Assembly: GCA_905178155.1 (NCBI GenBank)
Contig: CAJINV010000015.1
Location: 824,390-885,926, forward strand
Length of the DNA: 61,537 nucleotides
Source: Amoebophrya sp. A120
Lineage: Eukaryota; Protista; Dinoflagellata
Direction of reading: 5' to 3'
Shown here: positions 60,265 to 61,537 of the stretch, in pieces
How positions within the stretch are numbered: position 1 is the stretch's first letter
How the letters are laid out: the number at the start of each line of letters is the position of its first letter
Position numbers and translations under genes: made by a program
The notes under the pieces: generated by a model
The model's database searches: none
Told to the model about the DNA's origin: nothing
The model's input: the letters and a program-made list of their open reading frames with translations, nothing else

Positions 60265-60315
60265 TATGCATTGCAAATATGTCTGGGTCTGGAAGAATGC
60301 AACTTGTCATGCTGA
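60265..60315. mobile_element. Introner family C, single end (truncated)
   Basis: TATGCATTGCAAATATGTCTGGGTCTGGAAG with no partner TIR in the window. Confidence 0.7.
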
Positions 60316-60428
60316 TATGGCCCGGACAACTCGTGATTTGAAAAAACGTTGTTTTTTTTAAATATAGCTACTTCGGCGATCCTTCTGCTACGCCTGAGGC
60401 AAATAGTTACTTTTGGCCCCCCTTGGGG

Positions 60429-61247
60429 TAGCTACTGATGGAGGTAGGTAAGCTAGCTATCTGATGAACTTGAAGAACTTGCGACGGCCGAGAGTCATCA
60501 CGATTGTCAGGAGCAAGCGGCGCCATCGCGCATCCGTTCCCCTAAGCATCGCCTTGCCAGATTTTGAGCGGTCGGAAGATCGCGCCCTCATTACAAGTCA
60601 GCAAGTTGGAGGGACAGGCTCAATTTGAAGAATAGATTTGCATTACAAGTTCGCGACGACTTGCCCTCCCGATGTGGGCTGGTTGGGGGCCCTATAGGGA
60701 TATCCCTTACAGGGAACATAAAGGGATATATGGATTTTCGGGCGAAGGCAGGGATGAGACAGGGGGATCATTCAGGCGGATCATGATCCCCCCTGATGAT
60801 CTCCTCAGAAACGCGGCAAGGAAAAATCAGCATAGCGCGCAGGCTAGCTTCAAAGGGGGGGATCGAAACAGGGGATCTCTATCCCTTCCAAATCGAGGCG
60901 GGTTTGAAGGGATCGCCAGGGGACATCATGGGGTGGGATCATAGGTTGGGGGGTGAACTATCCCCCCCCCGGAGGGGTAAACCATCCCCCTGGCAGGAAA
61001 AATAGTCAAGACATGCACCATCCGGGAACGCGTCACACAGGTTTCCGCATCCGGGCGCGATGATTATCTCCCCCGCCTTCGGGCGGGCCATGCACGCGGC
61101 GCGATTAGTGATCGCGAGCGCCTTCAAGTGGAAGGGCGCCCGCTTCAGCTTCGCCTGGTTTTCGGCAGTACAACGGCAACAGCCGGAGCCGGAGACCCTT
61201 CTTCTAGTTTATTAGCCAGCTACATTATCTATCTAGTTTAGTAGCTA
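60429..61247. mobile_element. Degenerate TIR element, 819 bp, TAG..CTA ends (hAT-like)
   Basis: ~47-bp imperfect TIR TAGCTACT..TAGRTAA..TAGCT..TRATRAACTWGAAG. Flanks CCTTGGGG/CCTTGAGC (6/8). Confidence 0.6.
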
Positions 61248-61324
61248 CCTTGAGCTAGATACTGGATACGTAAACACTTTAGGGGCGGGCAGAGGTTAGT
61301 TCGGGTCTTTAAACTTTGAAAAAA

Positions 61325-61386
61325 GACTTTTCTCCTTTGATATCACGTGATATCACGTGATATCACAGGACCAAAGGAGAAAAGTC
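61325..61386. repeat. 15-bp perfect inverted repeat around a 28-bp palindrome
   Basis: GACTTTTCTCCTTTG / CAAAGGAGAAAAGTC. Inner TGATATCACGTGATATCACGTGATATCA at 61338-61365. Confidence 0.85.
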
Positions 61387-61433
61387 GATTGCGCTGCTGA
61401 TATCACAACATGTGTGATATTTAGAAAAAAGCA

Positions 61434-61537
61434 AAAACAGAAGGAATTGATGCTAAAACAGAAGGAATTGACGCTAAAACAGAAGGAATTGATGCTAAAA
61501 CAGAAGGAATTGATGCTAAAGCAGAAGGATTTGATGC
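61434..61537. repeat. 21-bp minisatellite, ~5 copies, runs off the window end
   Basis: Unit AAAACAGAAGGAATTGATGCT. Confidence 0.92.

Noticed and set aside
20135-60361. Recurrent peptide motifs such as VQKYRTR, YGSVRIEI, FSNVTFSTVT, LPDPDIFA and SIWGGGIF
   Set aside because: These are read-through translations of introner TIRs, not protein repeats.
61278-61285. TTTAGGG telomere-like heptamer
   Set aside because: Single copy only. The terminal 21-bp repeat is not a telomeric motif.
1-61537. Autonomous transposase or reverse transcriptase for the introners
   Set aside because: No DDE, HUH, tyrosine-recombinase or RT motifs were recognised in any ORF in this window.

Overview
Eukaryotic (alveolate-like) genomic DNA, most consistent with a parasitic syndinian dinoflagellate such as Amoebophrya. 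This is inferred from gene architecture, not from a database search. All credible protein genes (about 8) are on the minus strand. Their reading frames are broken by about 44 short (109-592 nt) MITE-like introner elements from roughly 13 unrelated families. These share terminal inverted repeats starting TAT and ending ATA, a 5-nt direct repeat (DR) of arbitrary sequence, and an internal GCAT[GTC]ACAAA motif. Removing the element plus one DR copy restores the frame in every intact gene checked. This fuses the fragmented ORF track into a ~3,700-aa membrane-anchored protein (16 introners), a ~2,600-aa secreted protein with glycosyltransferase-like and PAN-like segments, and several smaller genes. 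Only one junction can be read as GT-AG, so these are non-canonical, structure-defined introns. Intergenic regions hold three to four GC-rich ~1-kb non-autonomous TIR transposons, a local duplication with filled and empty insertion sites, and a periodic TACAGG array. A Y-shaped structured segment is nested inside one introner, and tandem repeats lie at both window ends. No transposase, rRNA, tRNA or CRISPR array was seen. Gene models were assembled by hand and need RNA-seq confirmation.
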